Under the pieces are notes generated by a model. It searched no databases. It saw nothing but the letters and a program-made list of their open reading frames with translations, and was not told the origin of the DNA. Below, piece after piece: positions 19,757 to 30,092 of a stretch of DNA of 64,000 bases (position 1 is its first letter; every line of letters starts with the position of its first letter). The stretch is from a bacterium (lineage in GTDB: Bacteria > Actinomycetota > Actinomycetes > Mycobacteriales > Jatrophihabitantaceae). Where the stretch lies: assembly GCA_040004775.1 (NCBI GenBank), contig JBDUAD010000001.1, forward strand, positions 27,453-91,452, in the 5' to 3' direction. A program made the position numbers and the translations under genes.

Positions 19757-22135
19757 TCAGTTCCCGTCACCGGAGCTGTCCGGGGCTCCATGCTTGGGCC
19801 GGCCGGTGGGTGACGAAGTCTGCGTCGCGCCCTGCCCGTTGACCGCCTGCCCGTTGACGGCCTGGCTGTTGTCCGGCCGACCGTTGGCCGGCTGCCCCTT
19901 GGCTGGCTGGCCGTTGCCCGCGTGTCCGTTGCTGGGCTGGCCATTGGGCTGGCCGTTACCCGGCTGTCCCTCCGAAACCGGCCGGAACGTCTCGGCCGGC
20001 GGCGGATACGACCCCCGTGGCGGGCTGTAGATCGGTGGCTGGTAGTTCGGTGGCTGGTAGTTCGGTGGCGGGAAGCTCGGTGGGGAATACGTCGGTCCGC
20101 CGCCGGTGCCACCGGAACCGGGCGCATTCCCCCCGCCGTAGGAGCCCGAACCGCCGTAGGAGGCGGCTGCGGCGGCGGCGGCATCGCGGGCGCGCTTCTG
20201 GGACTCGGCGCGCTCCTGCGCGGCCTGCTTGATGCGCGTGCGCAGTTCCTCGGGGATCTCCACCGGGGGCTTGTCGCTCGGCGTGCGCTTGCCGAAGCCG
20301 TTGAACGTGTTGTGCGGCGGGCGCTTGCGCACCGGTCCGAGGATGCGGTGTAAGTCCTCGTTGGACAGCGTCTCCCTCTCCACCAGCTCCAGCACCATCT
20401 GGTCGAGCACGTCGCGGTACTGAACCAGGATCTCCCAGGCCTCGTCATGCGCGCCCTCGATCAGGCCGCGCACCTCGTTGTCGATGCCGGCGGCGATGTC
20501 CTCGGAGTAGTCGCGCTGGTGGCCGTAGTCACGGCCCATGAACGGCTCGGCGTCGGACGTGCCGTACTTCACCGCCCCGAGCTTGGCGCTCATGCCGTAC
20601 TCGGTGACCATCGAGCGGGCCAGGCTGGTCGCCTTCTCGATGTCGTTGGACGCACCCGTGGTCGGCTCGTGGAAGACGAGCTCCTCCGCGGCCCGCCCCC
20701 CGAGTGCGTACACCAGCTGGTCGATGATCTCCGACCGCGTCTGGGTGTAGCGGTCCTCCACCGGCAGCACCAGCGTGTGCCCCAGCGAGCGGCCGCGCGG
20801 AAGGATCGTCACCTTGTGCACCGGGTCGAGGTTGGGCATCGCCCATGCCGCCAGTGCGTGGCCAGCCTCGTGGTAGGCGGTGACCCGCTTCTCGTCGTCG
20901 CTCATGGCCCGCGTCTTGCGCTCGGGCCCGGCGATCACGCGGTCGATCGACTCCTCCAACGCGGAGTTGCTGATCAGCCGGCCATTGTTGCGAGCGGTGA
21001 GCAGGGCGGCCTCGTTGATGACATTGGCCAGGTCGGCGCCGGTGAAGCCGGGAGTGCGTCGGGCGATGACGTCGAGGTCCACGTCAGCCTCGAACGGCTT
21101 GCCCTTGGCGTGCACCCGCAGCACCGCCTTGCGGCCCTCGATGTCGGGCGGTCCGACGGCGATCTGGCGGTCGAAGCGACCGGGGCGCAGCAGGGCCGGG
21201 TCGAGGATGTCGGGACGGTTGGTGGCGGCGATGAGGATGACGCCACCCTTGACGTCGAAACCGTCCATCTCGACCAGCAGCTGGTTCAGGGTCTGCTCGC
21301 GCTCGTCGTGCCCGCCACCCATGCCGGCGCCACGGTGACGCCCGACGGCGTCGATCTCGTCGACGAAGACGATGGCCGGGGCGTTCGACTTGGCCTGCTC
21401 GAACAGGTCACGCACGCGCGAGGCCCCCACACCGACGAACATCTCGACGAAGTCCGAACCGGAGATCGAGTAGAACGGCACACCGGCCTCGCCGGCCACC
21501 GCGCGGGCCAGCAGGGTCTTACCGGTACCAGGGGGGCCGTAGAGCAGGACGCCCTTGGGGATCTTGGCGCCGATGGCCTGGAACTTGGCCGGGTTGGCCA
21601 GGAAGTCCTTGATCTCCTGCAGTTCCTCGACCGCCTCGTCGGCACCGGCGACATCGGCGAAGGTGGTCTTGGGCGTGTCCTTGTTCACCAGCTTGGCCTT
21701 GCTTCGCCCGAAGCTCATCACCCGGTTGCCGCCGCCCTGGGCCTGGGACATGACGAACAGCAGTATCCCGCCGATGAGCAGGATCGGCAGGAGCAGGCTC
21801 AGCAGGCTCCAGATGATCGACTCACCGGGGTTCTTGGTGGTGTACGGAGCGCCGCCGATGTCACTGACGATGGCGTTGGTCTGGTCCTTCGCGTAGACCG
21901 TCTTGATCTTGGAGTGTCCGTCGAAGGGCGTCCTGAGATCGATCGACAGGGTCTGGCTCTTGTCGTTGAGCGTGGCGCTCTTGATGTTGCCGGCCTTGAG
22001 CTGGCTGATGGCGTCGGAGGTCTTGACCGAGGAGTAGTCACCGCCCCCGGCCAGCGCCGACTGGACGATGAAAAAGACGATCAGGGCAATCGGGACCCAG
22101 AACCACCACGACCGGAGAATGCGCTTGCGATCCAT
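19757..22135 (-). CDS. ftsH: ATP-dependent zinc metalloprotease FtsH with long low-complexity C-terminal tail
   Basis: ATG at 22135 ([18 protein letters not shown]...). [34 protein letters not shown]. Tail carries PPNYQ and NGQPx repeats. Confidence 0.95.
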   Translation of the reverse strand: MDRKRILRSWWFWVPIALIVFFIVQSALAGGGDYSSVKTSDAISQLKAGNIKSATLNDKSQTLSIDLRTPFDGHSKIKTVYAKDQTNAIVSDIGGAPYTTKNPGESIIWSLLSLLLPILLIGGILLFVMSQAQGGGNRVMSFGRSKAKLVNKDTPKTTFADVAGADEAVEELQEIKDFLANPAKFQAIGAKIPKGVLLYGPPGTGKTLLARAVAGEAGVPFYSISGSDFVEMFVGVGASRVRDLFEQAKSNAPAIVFVDEIDAVGRHRGAGMGGGHDEREQTLNQLLVEMDGFDVKGGVILIAATNRPDILDPALLRPGRFDRQIAVGPPDIEGRKAVLRVHAKGKPFEADVDLDVIARRTPGFTGADLANVINEAALLTARNNGRLISNSALEESIDRVIAGPERKTRAMSDDEKRVTAYHEAGHALAAWAMPNLDPVHKVTILPRGRSLGHTLVLPVEDRYTQTRSEIIDQLVYALGGRAAEELVFHEPTTGASNDIEKATSLARSMVTEYGMSAKLGAVKYGTSDAEPFMGRDYGHQRDYSEDIAAGIDNEVRGLIEGAHDEAWEILVQYRDVLDQMVLELVERETLSNEDLHRILGPVRKRPPHNTFNGFGKRTPSDKPPVEIPEELRTRIKQAAQERAESQKRARDAAAAAAASYGGSGSYGGGNAPGSGGTGGGPTYSPPSFPPPNYQPPNYQPPIYSPPRGSYPPPAETFRPVSEGQPGNGQPNGQPSNGHAGNGQPAKGQPANGRPDNSQAVNGQAVNGQGATQTSSPTGRPKHGAPDSSGDGN
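19830..20080. repeat. 15-nt in-frame tandem arrays in the ftsH 3' tail
   Basis: Units like ctgcccgttgaccgc at about 19830-19975 (xNGQP) and gtggctggtagttcg x2-3 at about 20030-20075 (PPNYQ). Confidence 0.75.
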
Positions 22136-22378
22136 AGTCCGTAGCCGGGGCCTCACGGCCGGCCGGCCTGCCTCCTGTTTCGTGCGGTCTGGACGGGTCG
22201 ACGGTACACGGGGCCGCCGACGGAAACCGGGTTCGCGACGCACCCGATAGGAGGTCAACGCCCGAGGCGGGGCGATACGTTCCGCTCCACGTCATCGTCC
22301 GGTTCGCCCGTCGCGAACGCGGCGCGAGGGCGGTGCCCGGCTTGACGGCCGTTCGGCCGCGGACGGAGGAGCAGGCGG

Positions 22379-22927
22379 TCAGGACGAGTAGACGGTGGGC
22401 TTGAGCACGCCGATGTAGGGCAGTCCCCGGTAGCGCTCGGCGTAGTCCAGCCCGTAGCCGACGACGAACTCGTTGGGGATGTCGAAACCGACGTAGCGCA
22501 CGGGTACCTGGACCTTGGCGGCGTCGGGCTTGCGCAGCATGGTGACGATCTCGATCGATGCCGGCCCGCGCGACTGGAGGTTCTTCATCAGCCAGGACAG
22601 GGTGAGTCCGGAGTCGATGACATCTTCCACGACGAGCACGTGCTGATCGCTGATGTCCCGGTCGAGGTCCTTGAGAATGCGGACGACGCCGGAGGACGTT
22701 CGCGAGGAACCGTAGGAACTCACCGCCATGAACTCCATCGTCGACGGCCGATGAAGAGCCCGGGCCAGGTCGGACATGAACATGGCCGCGCCCTTGAGCA
22801 CCCCGACCAGCAACGGTTCCCGGTCGGCGTAATCGGCGTCGATCTGGGCGGCGAGCTCCACGGTCTTGTCCCGTATCTGCTCGGCGGTAACGACGACCGA
22901 CTCGATGTCGTCATCGAGTAGCGACAC
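22379..22927 (-). CDS. hpt: Hypoxanthine-guanine phosphoribosyltransferase
   Basis: GTG at 22927 preceded by [23 protein letters not shown]-binding motif. Confidence 0.9.
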   Translation of the reverse strand: MSLLDDDIESVVVTAEQIRDKTVELAAQIDADYADREPLLVGVLKGAAMFMSDLARALHRPSTMEFMAVSSYGSSRTSSGVVRILKDLDRDISDQHVLVVEDVIDSGLTLSWLMKNLQSRGPASIEIVTMLRKPDAAKVQVPVRYVGFDIPNEFVVGYGLDYAERYRGLPYIGVLKPTVYSS

Positions 22928-22975
22928 GGTGGCTCCTGTCCGGGCACGGCAGTCACGGGCGGCCACGGTCGGCGA

Positions 22976-24022
22976 TCAGGTGACCGGCCGGTCCAGGGCC
23001 AGCCTGCCAGACCGGCGAAGGGCCGCGTACCCGCCCGGCAGGTCCACCGCCGACTGCCCGTGCCACGCCGTCACCAGCCGGTCCAGGGCGTCGAGGTGCA
23101 CCGCGCCCAGCGCCGCGACGCCGCCCTCGGCGCACCACGTGCGCAGCACCCGGGTCCGGATCGCGCGGGGGTGCATCGCCAGCGCCACGGCATCAAGGGT
23201 CGCCGGGCCGGCGCGTCCGTCGGCCGAACCGTTGGGCAGGGTCACCGCGCCGCTAACCGTCGCCGCCAGCTCGTCGAGCGCCTCGAGGTCCTCGCGTAGC
23301 AGCCGCCCGGTACGCGCCAGCGCCGCGGCCACGCCGCCGCCAACCGCCTCGTCGAGCCGTGGCAGCACGTTCTGGCGCAGCCGCACGCGGGTGTAGCGCG
23401 GGTCGACGTTGTGCGGGTCGTCCCAGACCGAAAGGCCGAGCGCGGCGCACGCGGCTCGGGTTGTCGACCGGTCGATGTCGAGTAGCGGGCGAACATGGCG
23501 CCCGTCCCAGGGCGCCATCCCGGCCACCGAGCGCGGTCCGGACCCACGGGCGAGCCCGAGTAGCACCGTCTCCGCCTGGTCGTCCCGGGTGTGACCGAGC
23601 AGGACCGCGGCCGAGGCGGCGTCGGCGAGCGCGTCGAGGGCGCGGTAGCGCGCCGTGCGCGCCGCACCCTCCGGTCCGCCGCGCGACCCCACGTCCACGG
23701 CGACCACGTGCACGGGGTCGAGCCCGAGCTCGAACGCCAGATTTCCCGCGCGCCTAGCCGCGGACGCCGATCCGGGCTGCAGCCCGTGGTCGACGACGAC
23801 TGCGCCGGCCGATCGCCCGTCCCGAGCGGCCAGGAAGGCCACTGCCGCGGCCAACGCGGTCGAATCGGCTCCGCCGGACAGTGCCACCAGCACCGACGCC
23901 GGCCCGGACCCCTCACCGGACCCAGGGTCGGCGGCATCCGCGCCAGATCGCCTGGCATCGAGATCGGCCAACGCGGTGCGGACGGCGGTGCGGACGGCGG
24001 CCACGGCCGGATGCGGACCCAT
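22976..24022 (-). CDS. tilS: tRNA(Ile)-lysidine synthase
   Basis: PP-loop ALSGGADSTALA. ATG at 24022 (MGPHPAVAAVR...); the longest ORF extends to a GTG at 24064. Confidence 0.85.
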   Translation of the reverse strand: MGPHPAVAAVRTAVRTALADLDARRSGADAADPGSGEGSGPASVLVALSGGADSTALAAAVAFLAARDGRSAGAVVVDHGLQPGSASAARRAGNLAFELGLDPVHVVAVDVGSRGGPEGAARTARYRALDALADAASAAVLLGHTRDDQAETVLLGLARGSGPRSVAGMAPWDGRHVRPLLDIDRSTTRAACAALGLSVWDDPHNVDPRYTRVRLRQNVLPRLDEAVGGGVAAALARTGRLLREDLEALDELAATVSGAVTLPNGSADGRAGPATLDAVALAMHPRAIRTRVLRTWCAEGGVAALGAVHLDALDRLVTAWHGQSAVDLPGGYAALRRSGRLALDRPVT

Positions 24023-24086
24023 CGGCTCAGCGCTCGAACTCGGCGGTCGTGGGCTCAGCGACACAGCTCGGTGCGGCGTCGACGGC

Positions 24087-25133
24087 TCAACCGTGTACGC
24101 GCGAGATCCACTGCTCCGGCGCGCCGATCTCGGCCTTGCTGGGCAGGTTGGCCGGCGCCACCCACACCGCGTTGAATCCGTCCAGGCCGATCCGTTCCAC
24201 CACCCCCCGCACGAATGCCGAGCCCTCGACGTACTGACGGGTCTTGGCGTCCAGGCCGAGCAGCCGGCGCATCAGCTTGTCCAACGGGTTGCCGCCCTTG
24301 CGACGGCGCACGGCGAAGCGGGCCTCGATCTGCTTCTGCGTGGGGATGACGTCCGAGGACACCGCATTCATCACGTATTCCGCGTGGCCCTCGACCAAGG
24401 ACATGAACGCCGTGATCCGGTCGACCACGACCCGCTGCTCGGGGGTGGTCAGGGCCCCCAGCACGCCGCTGCCGTCGCCCTGTCCGCGGGCGGCGCGAAC
24501 CAGTTCGCTCACCGCCGAGCCGACCCGCTCGCGCAGCGCGGCCGGATCGGTGTCCATCAGCTGGGTGAGGGTCTCGATCTCCTCGTGCATGTGCTGGCGC
24601 ATCCAGGGCACCGCGGTGAACTGCACCCGGTGGGTGACCTCGTGCAGGCAGACCCAGAGCCGGAAGTCCGACGGTTTCACGCCGAGCTTGCCCTCGACGT
24701 CGACAATGTTGGGCGCCACCAGCATGAGCTGGCCCTCGGGCTGGGCGAAGAACTCGAATTGGCCGAGCACCTTGCCCGACATGAAGCCGAGCAGGGCGCC
24801 GGCCTGCGCGCCGGTCACCTTGCCGCCGAGGCTGTCGACCAGCGCGTTGGACGGCTTGCCCGCGGCCAGTTTCTCGATCAACGGGCCCATGAGCGCGGCC
24901 ATCCCGCCGGCGTTAGCGTCGATCCATCCGGCCCGGTCGACCACCCGGGTGAGGGCGGTGACCGGCGGCTCGGTCAGGCCCGTCAGCTCGGCGACGTGGC
25001 CGGCGGCCACCTCGGCTGCGGTGCGCAGGTCGGCCACGGCAGCATCGGCCACCTCCCGCGAGACCGGTGGAGTGGCCGGCGACAGGCGTTTGGCCGTGGA
25101 GGCCGCCAGGTCCCAATCAATGAGAGAAGCCAT
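24087..25133 (-). CDS. Zinc-dependent metalloprotease (DUF2342 / Rv3626c-like)
   Basis: HEVTHRVQF (HExxH). Conserved position between tilS and dacB. Confidence 0.85.
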   Translation of the reverse strand: MASLIDWDLAASTAKRLSPATPPVSREVADAAVADLRTAAEVAAGHVAELTGLTEPPVTALTRVVDRAGWIDANAGGMAALMGPLIEKLAAGKPSNALVDSLGGKVTGAQAGALLGFMSGKVLGQFEFFAQPEGQLMLVAPNIVDVEGKLGVKPSDFRLWVCLHEVTHRVQFTAVPWMRQHMHEEIETLTQLMDTDPAALRERVGSAVSELVRAARGQGDGSGVLGALTTPEQRVVVDRITAFMSLVEGHAEYVMNAVSSDVIPTQKQIEARFAVRRRKGGNPLDKLMRRLLGLDAKTRQYVEGSAFVRGVVERIGLDGFNAVWVAPANLPSKAEIGAPEQWISRVHG

Positions 25134-25219
25134 GCCGCCACGGTAACCGGGCCGAGGCGATGCGCTGTCCCGGACCGGTTGGGCGGATCAGCAGCGAAGG
25201 ATCGCGAAGACGCCGCCGA

Positions 25220-26617
25220 TCAGGTACAGGCGCAGGTGACCAGCCGGGCAATTGCCCGATCCACCGCGGCTTCGGCGGGAAATCGGCCGTCGGCCGGCAC
25301 CCGGTCGGCCATGACGGCGAAGATCACCGGCCGGCCGGCCTTGGTCCGGGTCAGTCCGGCAAGGGTGAGCACGCCGGTCAGCGTCCCGGACTTGGCGCGA
25401 ACCGCGCCGGCCGCTGCTGCGCCGGTACCGACGCGGTAGCGCGTGGCCAGGGTGCCGTCCCACCCGGCCACCGGTAGCGCCGACACCACCTGCCGTAGCC
25501 GGGGATCGGTGCCGGTCAGGGCGGCCCGCAACAGGGCCACGAGGACGGCCGGGCTGAGCCGATCCCGCGCCGACAGCCCGGAGGCGTCGACCAGCGTGGC
25601 CGGCACGGTGATGCCGTGAGCGGCCAGCGTTGACCGGATGGCGGCGACGGCACCGGCGAAGGTCGGCGGCTGCCCGCTCACGGCAGCCAGGTGACGCGCC
25701 AACATCTCGGCCATCACGTTGTCCGAGCCGGAGAGCATCTGCTCGACCAGGTCGAGGACCGGCGCCGAGCGCACGGTGGCCAGCGGCGCCGCTCCGGCCG
25801 GGGCCACGCCGCGGCTCACGGTGGCATCGGGTCGCCGCAGCGCAATCGCCAGCGCGCGGCCGGCCTCGAGGTCCGGAGTTGCACTGCGCTCGTCGCCTCC
25901 GGCGGCCGGTCGTGCTCCGTCCACGACAAGGCCGGTGATCGCGGCCGCGTAGTCACTGGGCACGTCCTCGGGCGCCCAGCCCGGCGCGGTGACCGCTCCG
26001 GCGAACACGGAGCCGTCGACGACCACCGAGGTCACCGGGGCGATGCCGTCCGCGGTGATCTGAGCGGCCAGGTCCGTGATCCGTGCGGCGCCCGGATACA
26101 TCGTTGCCGCGCCTGCTCGCGCGGCGCTCAGCGTGGGATCGCCGCCGCCGACGAGCACCACCTCCCCCGGCCGGGCGCCGGCGACCACTCGGGTCGTGAG
26201 CCGTGCGGTCGCCGGCACGGCGGCGAGCACGGCACCGGCCGTGGCCAGCTTGGCCGTGGACGCGGGCGGGCTCATCGCCGTCGACGTCCGGTTGAGCAGG
26301 GCGGTGCCGGTCGACGCGTCGACGACGAGGGCGTGCACCGAGCCGCCCAGCGCCGGTGCGGTGAGCGCGGGACCGAACGCGGCGGCAACCGCGGCCGGTC
26401 TCGGGACGCCGGCCGTGGTGGACGTGGTGGGCCCGGACGGTGCCTGGGTCGATCCCGGCACGACGGAGGGAGGCGGCACCGGCGCCGAGGTCACCACCGG
26501 TCGAGGGGCGGCGGTTCCCCGCGCGGCGCGCGTTGCGGCGAAGGCCACGACGGCGATTACGGCGGCCAGCACGAGGGTCACGACGACCCCAAAGATCTGT
26601 CCTCGCCGCTGGGCCAT
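25220..26617 (-). CDS. dacB: D-alanyl-D-alanine carboxypeptidase/endopeptidase (PBP4, S13 family)
   Basis: N-terminal TM anchor. PASTAKL (SxxK), LSGSDN (SxN), KSGTL (KTG-like). Confidence 0.85.
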   Translation of the reverse strand: MAQRRGQIFGVVVTLVLAAVIAVVAFAATRAARGTAAPRPVVTSAPVPPPSVVPGSTQAPSGPTTSTTAGVPRPAAVAAAFGPALTAPALGGSVHALVVDASTGTALLNRTSTAMSPPASTAKLATAGAVLAAVPATARLTTRVVAGARPGEVVLVGGGDPTLSAARAGAATMYPGAARITDLAAQITADGIAPVTSVVVDGSVFAGAVTAPGWAPEDVPSDYAAAITGLVVDGARPAAGGDERSATPDLEAGRALAIALRRPDATVSRGVAPAGAAPLATVRSAPVLDLVEQMLSGSDNVMAEMLARHLAAVSGQPPTFAGAVAAIRSTLAAHGITVPATLVDASGLSARDRLSPAVLVALLRAALTGTDPRLRQVVSALPVAGWDGTLATRYRVGTGAAAAGAVRAKSGTLTGVLTLAGLTRTKAGRPVIFAVMADRVPADGRFPAEAAVDRAIARLVTCACT

Positions 26618-26721
26618 GATGCGCGAGACTAGTGACCACTCCGGCTCCCCGGGCGCGACGTGCGCGCGGGTACCCGCCGGATCCGGGGAGCCCGGACCAA
26701 CCGCGAGGAGGAGGTGCCGGC

Positions 26722-27228
26722 GTGGAGTTCGATGTCCTCATCGAGATCCCCAAGGGCAGCAAGAACAAGTACGAGGTCGACCACGCGTCCGGCCGCATCC
26801 GGCTGGACCGCACCCTGTTCACGTCGACGCAGTATCCGGCCGACTACGGCTTCGTCGAGGAGACCCTGGGGGCGGACGGAGATCCCCTCGACGCGCTCGT
26901 CATCCTCGAGGGCGACCCGCTCTTTCCCGGCTGCCTGGTCCGGTGCCGAGCCATCGGCATGTTCCGGATGACCGACGAGAAGGGTGGCGACGACAAATTG
27001 CTCTGCGTGCCGGCCAGCGACCCGCGCCTGGAGCACCTACGCGACATCCACCACCTGCCCGAGTTCGACCGGCTGGAGATCGAGCATTTCTTCGTGGTCT
27101 ACAAGGACCTCGAGCCGGGCAAGAGCGTCGAGGGTGCCTCGTGGGCTGGTCGGGACGAGGCCGAGGCGGAAATCCTGGTCTCGCGCCAGCGCCTGGCCGA
27201 GCATCCGGATGTCTTCGCCGCACACTGA
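26722..27228 (+). CDS. ppa: Inorganic pyrophosphatase
   Basis: GTG at 26722 after [39 protein letters not shown]. Confidence 0.95.
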   Translation: MEFDVLIEIPKGSKNKYEVDHASGRIRLDRTLFTSTQYPADYGFVEETLGADGDPLDALVILEGDPLFPGCLVRCRAIGMFRMTDEKGGDDKLLCVPASDPRLEHLRDIHHLPEFDRLEIEHFFVVYKDLEPGKSVEGASWAGRDEAEAEILVSRQRLAEHPDVFAAH

Positions 27229-27358
27229 GCGTGCGGGCCGACGCCGCGCCGATAGCGCGGACCCGCGGCGGCAATCTTCAGGATCGTGGGTGACGAGCCG
27301 TCTCCGGCCTGAAAATCCGTAGACGGCGGAGCCGGCGGGCCGACCGATAGGCGCGGCC

Positions 27359-27541
27359 TCAGCTACTCCCGGCGGCCTGCAGGAGTCGCTCGGCCGCACG
27401 GCGGATGATCTCGCGTTCTTCGTCGGTGATCTGTGCGGCGCGGGCCTCGACCACCCACGCCACCCGCTCGAGGTCCCACACCACCCACGGCGTGTGGCGA
27501 GTCGAGCCGGACGTCGATCCGAAGCGCGACGAAATGTCCAT
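27359..27541 (-). CDS. Small hypothetical protein, 60 aa
   Basis: ATG at 27541 of ORF 27359..27787 (MDISSRFGSTSGSTRHTPWVVWDLERV...). Good GC3 bias; weak GAAGG upstream. Confidence 0.35.
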   Translation of the reverse strand: MDISSRFGSTSGSTRHTPWVVWDLERVAWVVEARAAQITDEEREIIRRAAERLLQAAGSS

Positions 27542-27687
27542 GCCTTCGAGTCTGGCCCGAACCAACGGGTCCTGTCCTCCCAATCTTTCGTCGCCCGCCC
27601 AGTGTCGTCGTGCTAGGAAGAATCTCCTAGCCCGCGCTGTTGTACCACTTGGTACAGTCGGTTTACGACGGGACTGGGGAGGACACC

Positions 27688-28176
27688 ATGGGACTGCAAG
27701 ACATCGATCTTCGCGGTGAGTCGTCGGCCGCACCACCCGTCGTCTGGGCACTGCTGGCCGACAGCTCCACCTGGCCGTCGTGGACACCCATCGAGGGCTA
27801 CGAGCAGGTGCGGCCGTCGGGTCCCGACGGCACCGGCGAGGTCCGGACCTTCCGAACCGGACGACACCGGGTCCGCGAGGAGATCATCGAGAGCACACCG
27901 CCCACCCGGCTGACGTACACGCTGCTCGGTGGCCTCGCCCTTCGCGACTACCGGGCCCAGATCGACGTCGAACCGAGGCCCGCCGGCGGCAGCCGGCTCC
28001 GCTGGCACACCACCTTCCGGCCCAAGGTGGCCGGCAGTGGCTGGCTGTACCGCCGCGCCCTGGAACAGGCGACTCGTGCCTTCGTCGACGGACTGATTCG
28101 CGCCGCGGAGGCCAAGGCGGCCATAAGGGCGCTTGAGGGTCAGCACGGCGCCGGGCCGAACACCGCGGCCACATAG
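27688..28176 (+). CDS. SRPBCC (polyketide cyclase/START-like) family protein
   Basis: ATG at 27688 after GGGGAGGA. VWALLADSSTWPSWTP...TYTLLGGLALRDYRAQIDV pattern. Confidence 0.8.
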   Translation: MGLQDIDLRGESSAAPPVVWALLADSSTWPSWTPIEGYEQVRPSGPDGTGEVRTFRTGRHRVREEIIESTPPTRLTYTLLGGLALRDYRAQIDVEPRPAGGSRLRWHTTFRPKVAGSGWLYRRALEQATRAFVDGLIRAAEAKAAIRALEGQHGAGPNTAAT

Positions 28177-28733
28177 GTCCGCATCGCCTCGTTGACGGCG
28201 CGTTGGTCGCCGGTGGTCACGAGGTCGAGCAGCAGGCCGCGATACACGGCCAGGCCCAGACGCGTGAGCCGCCGGGCCTCGGCCCGGGGGTAGCCGTGCG
28301 CCACCAGCAGGTCCGTGACCGGCACGAGCCAGGCGGTGGTCAATCGGCTGGCGGCGGCCACGTCGCCGGTCGCCGCCAGCTGGGCCTGGAGCTGGAACAA
28401 CAAGCGCTCCACCGCACGCATCTTCGGCGCCGACAACCGCCGCCAGAAGCGCAGGGAGAGCTCGGCCGCGGAGAAATCACGCTCCACCGCGAGATCGGCG
28501 AGCGCCGCCCGCTGCCGGGACTCCACGTCCTCGACCACCGCGTGCAGCAAACCGTCCTGCCCGCCGAAGTGGTAGATCAGCATCCGATGGCTCGACCCGA
28601 CCTCGGCCGCCAAGGTCCGCAGCGAGATCGTGGCTGTACCGGTGGCCAGCAGATGCGCCACGACCCGGTCGAGCAGCTCCTGTCGAGCCGGCCCCGAACC
28701 CGGCGCCGACCGGCCCGCAGTCATGGCGCGCAA
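28140..28733 (-). CDS. TetR family transcriptional regulator
   Basis: HTH segment ISLRTLAAEVGSSHRMLIYHFGGQDGLL. Confidence 0.9.
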   Translation of the reverse strand: MRAMTAGRSAPGSGPARQELLDRVVAHLLATGTATISLRTLAAEVGSSHRMLIYHFGGQDGLLHAVVEDVESRQRAALADLAVERDFSAAELSLRFWRRLSAPKMRAVERLLFQLQAQLAATGDVAAASRLTTAWLVPVTDLLVAHGYPRAEARRLTRLGLAVYRGLLLDLVTTGDQRAVNEAMRTYVAAVFGPAPC

Positions 28734-28784
28734 CAGTAGCGAGCGGGGCCGCGATCCCGCGCCAAACGCGATGACCAGACGCTA

Positions 28785-29010
28785 ATGTCCCGCCGGGCGG
28801 CCCGGCCGGTCGCGTTCTTCACCGGCGGGACGGCCACGGTGGAACTGGAAACGGCCCACGCGTCGGGAGACCTTGTCGTGCTGGTCCTCATCGAGCGACA
28901 GCGGGGCGAGGCCGGCGGCCTGCCGGAACTGGACTGGTCACTGAGGATCACGCTGGTCTTTCGCCGGGAGGATTCGAAGTGGCTCCTGCTGCATCGCCAC
29001 GCCGACCCGC
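28785..29010 (+). pseudogene. NTF2/SnoaL-like (DUF4440-like) gene remnant, C-terminal half only
   Basis: ORF 28785..29411 begins ...VAFFTGGTATVELETAHASGDLVVLVLIERQRGEAGGLPELDWSLRITLVFRREDSKWLLLHRHADPL, which looks like the C-terminal beta-sheet half of an NTF2-fold protein. Only about 50 nt separate it from the divergent TetR, so there is no room for the N-terminal half. The frame then reads on into the AKR gene. Confidence 0.35.
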
Positions 29011-29124
29011 TGGCCGCGGGGATCGGATCGCCCGCGCGGCCGAACTCGCCTGTGGCTGACCCCGCCCGGCCGTCGGCGATCGCCACCGCGCACAGTGGTG
29101 GGCCACACCTGACGGAGGACACAG

Positions 29125-29994
29125 TTGACTGCGACGACCCTTCCCGGCGGCACCTGGACCGTGGCCGACGACCTGACCCTCACGCGGGTCGGTTACGGCG
29201 CCATGCAATTGGCCGGACCCCGCGTCTTCGGTCCCCCGGCCGACCGGGACGCGGCCGTCGCCGTGCTGCGGGAGGTAGTAGACCTCGGCATAACCCACAT
29301 CGACACCAGCGACTACTACGGCCCTTACATCACCAACGGAATCATCAAAGAGGCGCTGCACCCGTACCCCGCGGACCTCCACATCGTGACCAAGGTCGGC
29401 GCGTTGCGTGACGCCAAGGGCCGCTGGCCCACGGCGCTGGCTCCGGATCAGCTGCGCCGGGCGGTGCACGACAACCTCGATCACCTCGGCCTCGACGTTC
29501 TCGATGTCGTGAACCTGCGAGTCGGCGGACTCGACGCGCCGACGCCCGGCTCGCTGGCCGAACCGTTCACCGCGCTTGCCGAACTGCAGCAGGAGGGGCT
29601 GATCAAGCATCTGGGCATCAGCACGGTCGACGCCGGGCAGTTGGCCGAGGCCCAGTCCATCGCGCCGGTCGTCTGCGTTCAGAACTATTACAACCTCGCC
29701 CATCGCCTCGACGACGACTTCATCGACGCCCTCGCCGCCCAGGGCATTGCCTACGTGGCGTACTTCCCCCTCGGAGGCTTCTCCCCGCTGCAGTCCGACA
29801 CCCTGGCCGCCGTGGCCGGCGACCTCGGCGCCACGCCGATGAGCGTGGCCCTGGCCTGGCTGTTGCAGCGCTCGCCCAACATCCTGCTGATCCCCGGTAC
29901 GTCCTCGGTGGACCACCTGCGCGAGAACGTCCGCGGAGCCGGGCTGGACCTCTCGGCCGAGGACCTCGACCGGCTGAACGCGATCGGCGCCTGA
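29125..29994 (+). CDS. Aldo/keto reductase
   Basis: TTG start after GGAGGA. GYGAMQLAGP, GITHIDTSDYYGP, LIPGTSSVDHLREN. Confidence 0.9.
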   Translation: MTATTLPGGTWTVADDLTLTRVGYGAMQLAGPRVFGPPADRDAAVAVLREVVDLGITHIDTSDYYGPYITNGIIKEALHPYPADLHIVTKVGALRDAKGRWPTALAPDQLRRAVHDNLDHLGLDVLDVVNLRVGGLDAPTPGSLAEPFTALAELQQEGLIKHLGISTVDAGQLAEAQSIAPVVCVQNYYNLAHRLDDDFIDALAAQGIAYVAYFPLGGFSPLQSDTLAAVAGDLGATPMSVALAWLLQRSPNILLIPGTSSVDHLRENVRGAGLDLSAEDLDRLNAIGA

Positions 29995-30022
29995 GCTCGC
30001 CCCGCGGCCGGAACGGAAAAGG

Positions 30023-30055
30023 CAGCCGGGCCGCCTCGATGCGGCGGCCCGGCTG
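30023..30055. terminator. Bidirectional intrinsic terminator hairpin between convergent AKR and MFS genes
   Basis: Perfect 13-bp stem cagccgggccgcc / ggcggcccggctg with 7-nt loop tcgatgc. Flanked by GGAAAAGG upstream and TTTCC downstream. Confidence 0.6.
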
Positions 30056-30092
30056 TTTCCTACGGTATTGCGCTGGTTCCTACGGTGCCGGC

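Noticed and set aside
15700-20080. Tandem repeats considered as a possible CRISPR or other spacer-repeat array.
   Set aside because: The units are 15-24 nt and directly abutting with no unique spacers. They are multiples of 3 and lie in frame within CDSs. No cas genes are nearby.
20447-22144. 565-aa plus-strand ORF opposite ftsH. The 550-aa ORF at 51399..53051 opposite glf is the same kind of case.
   Set aside because: Mirror frames of clearly identified genes (Walker A/HEAGH in ftsH, FAD fold in glf). No independent start signals or motifs.
28140-28176. 37-nt convergent 3' overlap of the SRPBCC gene and the TetR gene.
   Set aside because: Short convergent overlaps are common in compact high-GC genomes and depend only on stop positions. 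No structure or extra ORF suggests a regulatory role.
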